Of a stretch of 11,326 nt of DNA, positions 9,771-11,326 are shown in pieces. Origin of the DNA: a bacterium (GTDB lineage Bacteria; SAR324; NAC60-12); contig CBDDTI010000636.1 in assembly GCA_965233585.1 (NCBI GenBank), positions 1-11,326 on the forward strand. Direction: 5' to 3'. The notes under the pieces are model-generated. The model was not told where the DNA came from and ran no database searches. It saw only the letters and a list, made by a program, of their open reading frames with translations. A program made the position numbers and the translations under genes. Position 1 is the stretch's first letter. Each line of letters begins with the position of its first letter.

Positions 9771-11326
9771 TAGAAGAAATAATAATTTAAATATTAATAT
9801 ATAGATGTTTTTAATATATAGAATATTAATTAAGGAAATAAGGATTGGAAATAAATAATAAATATTAATAAAAGTATTAATTAATATACGAAGAAAAATT
9901 TGAAGATAATTTTACTTGAAATATATATATATAATAGTTATAAATATATAAATATTCTATAATTAATAATAATGAAAAAAAAATATTACAATTATTGAAA
10001 AAAATATATTTGAATTAATTTCGAAATAATTTGTATTGATATTTAATGATTTTGTGATATAATATTTTACAATTTATTGTTGTGTGGTGTATAGTTGCCC
10101 GTGATGAATTATTATCTGATGTGTGTTTGTGCGATGAATAGTTGTGTGATGTTTTATTTTTTTAATATTTTTGTATGAAAATTTTATATAATGAATCCTA
10201 GGATGTATTGATTTATTATTTTATTTGTCCGCAGTTCGGAATATTTCGTCCTTATTGTTGTTGGTAAGAATATTTTTCGAAAAGAAATTTGCGTAAGAAT
10301 TCTTGTATCTTTTTTTCGTTAATGATGTTCTGGAAAATTTATAGGTGATATGTGATGGTTGGAAATCGTTTGAAAAATATATTCTTAATATTATGAAAAA
10401 TTTGATAATATATATGTAATTGAGATAATGAATAATAAAGGAATACAGGAAATATAAATAATACAGATATTATAATTTAATTTTTAAATATTAGAAAAAA
10501 TATATATTAAAGATAAAAATAAAGGAAGACATTGGGAAATGAAAAGAAAATTGCAATTATGTATTTTTTTGGTTTTGGATACGTCATCTGATTTTTTTTA
10601 TATTTTCAGGAAAAAAAATATATTAATTAAATTAATGAAAAAAAAATCGATTAATTTAAAAATAATTATTTAGAAAAATAATTATTTAGATATTGGTAAA
10701 TATATATATATAATTTTCTTTTTTTTGCAAATAATAGAATGAAATATTGAATATATCAATATAATTATGATCAATTTAGAATTATTAGATAATGTGATAA
10801 ATATTCCTAAAAATCGATTAATATTTCAAAATTTCAAGATCAAGTTGTTTGAATATATAGATAGATATCTTTTAAAGAAAAATATATGAAGCTTCCATTT
10901 TCAATTAATAATAATGAAATCAAAGGTCAAATATTAAATTCCAAAAAATTCTTTAGAAATTAATTTCGAAAAAATAAAAATGAATTCAAATAACTAAATT
11001 CAAATAAATTTATAAAAATTGTAATTATTTGATTTTTTGCGGAAAAAAAATTAGATATCGAAATAGATTATTATATAGAGATTAACAATTCATATATTAC
11101 ATATTATAATTAGATATGTAAAATCAAGCATGTTAATTGCATTGCATTTCGTAAATTAAAAAATTATTTATTTTATTCAATATTATTTTATTTCATATTA
11201 TAAATACAAAAATAAAGATAAGAATATCATCAATAGTAATATAATTAATCGCACCAATCGTAACAACCCCCCCACCCCATCAATCCTATCAGCCACAACC
11301 GCCGCAATCGCCATAATAATCACAAT
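9771..11326. other. Extremely AT-rich non-coding tract with strand-asymmetric C/G content
   Basis: Hand count for 9781-11240: ~76 C and ~171 G in 1460 nt (~17% GC). The ORF track lists nothing starting here. The composition switches abruptly to C-rich, G-poor sequence at ~11241. Confidence 0.9.

Noticed and set aside
6549..9790. Repetitive ORFs such as EALVQRQVRFNRVPEK and MNLTWLCTKAS
   Set aside because: These are by-products of 12-bp-based repeats, open on both strands and frequently interrupted.
9771..11240. Organellar (mitochondrial/plastid) insertion as the source of the AT-rich tract
   Set aside because: I could not recognise cox1/cox3/cob, photosystem or rRNA sequence, and the CpG enrichment and skew flip are not explained by it. 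It is not formally excluded without a search.

Overview
This is eukaryotic genomic DNA, most likely from a Symbiodiniaceae dinoflagellate. That call is inferred from tiny exons with AG|GC and AG|GA donors and AG|G acceptors, and from two repeat families I recall from Symbiodinium/Cladocopium assemblies. No database check was possible. Left third: the last exons of an ABCA-subfamily ABC transporter gene (+, to 1068), then a probable second intron-rich + strand gene (~1331-3955) whose acidic micro-exons were multiplied by a ~550-bp tandem triplication. Middle: a 1.5-kb non-autonomous element with Helitron/Helentron-like ends, 94-bp internal tandem repeats and an ACA/ACT microsatellite (4083-5602), followed by a frameshifted, probably retroelement-derived ORF remnant (- strand, ~6081-6690). 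Right: a head-to-tail ~815-bp higher-order array of a TCCGGA-rich repeat (6715-9770) and a ~17% GC tail. The most unusual signal is in the right half. Repeat copies differ almost only by C>T and G>A changes at non-CpG sites. The AT-rich tail has strand-asymmetric C-poor and G-poor patches in which the surviving C/G sit preferentially in CpG. This resembles a CpG-sparing, RIP/deaminase-like hypermutation process, but a technical artefact must be excluded. Most ORFs in the supplied track are spurious. All counts are hand counts and approximate.
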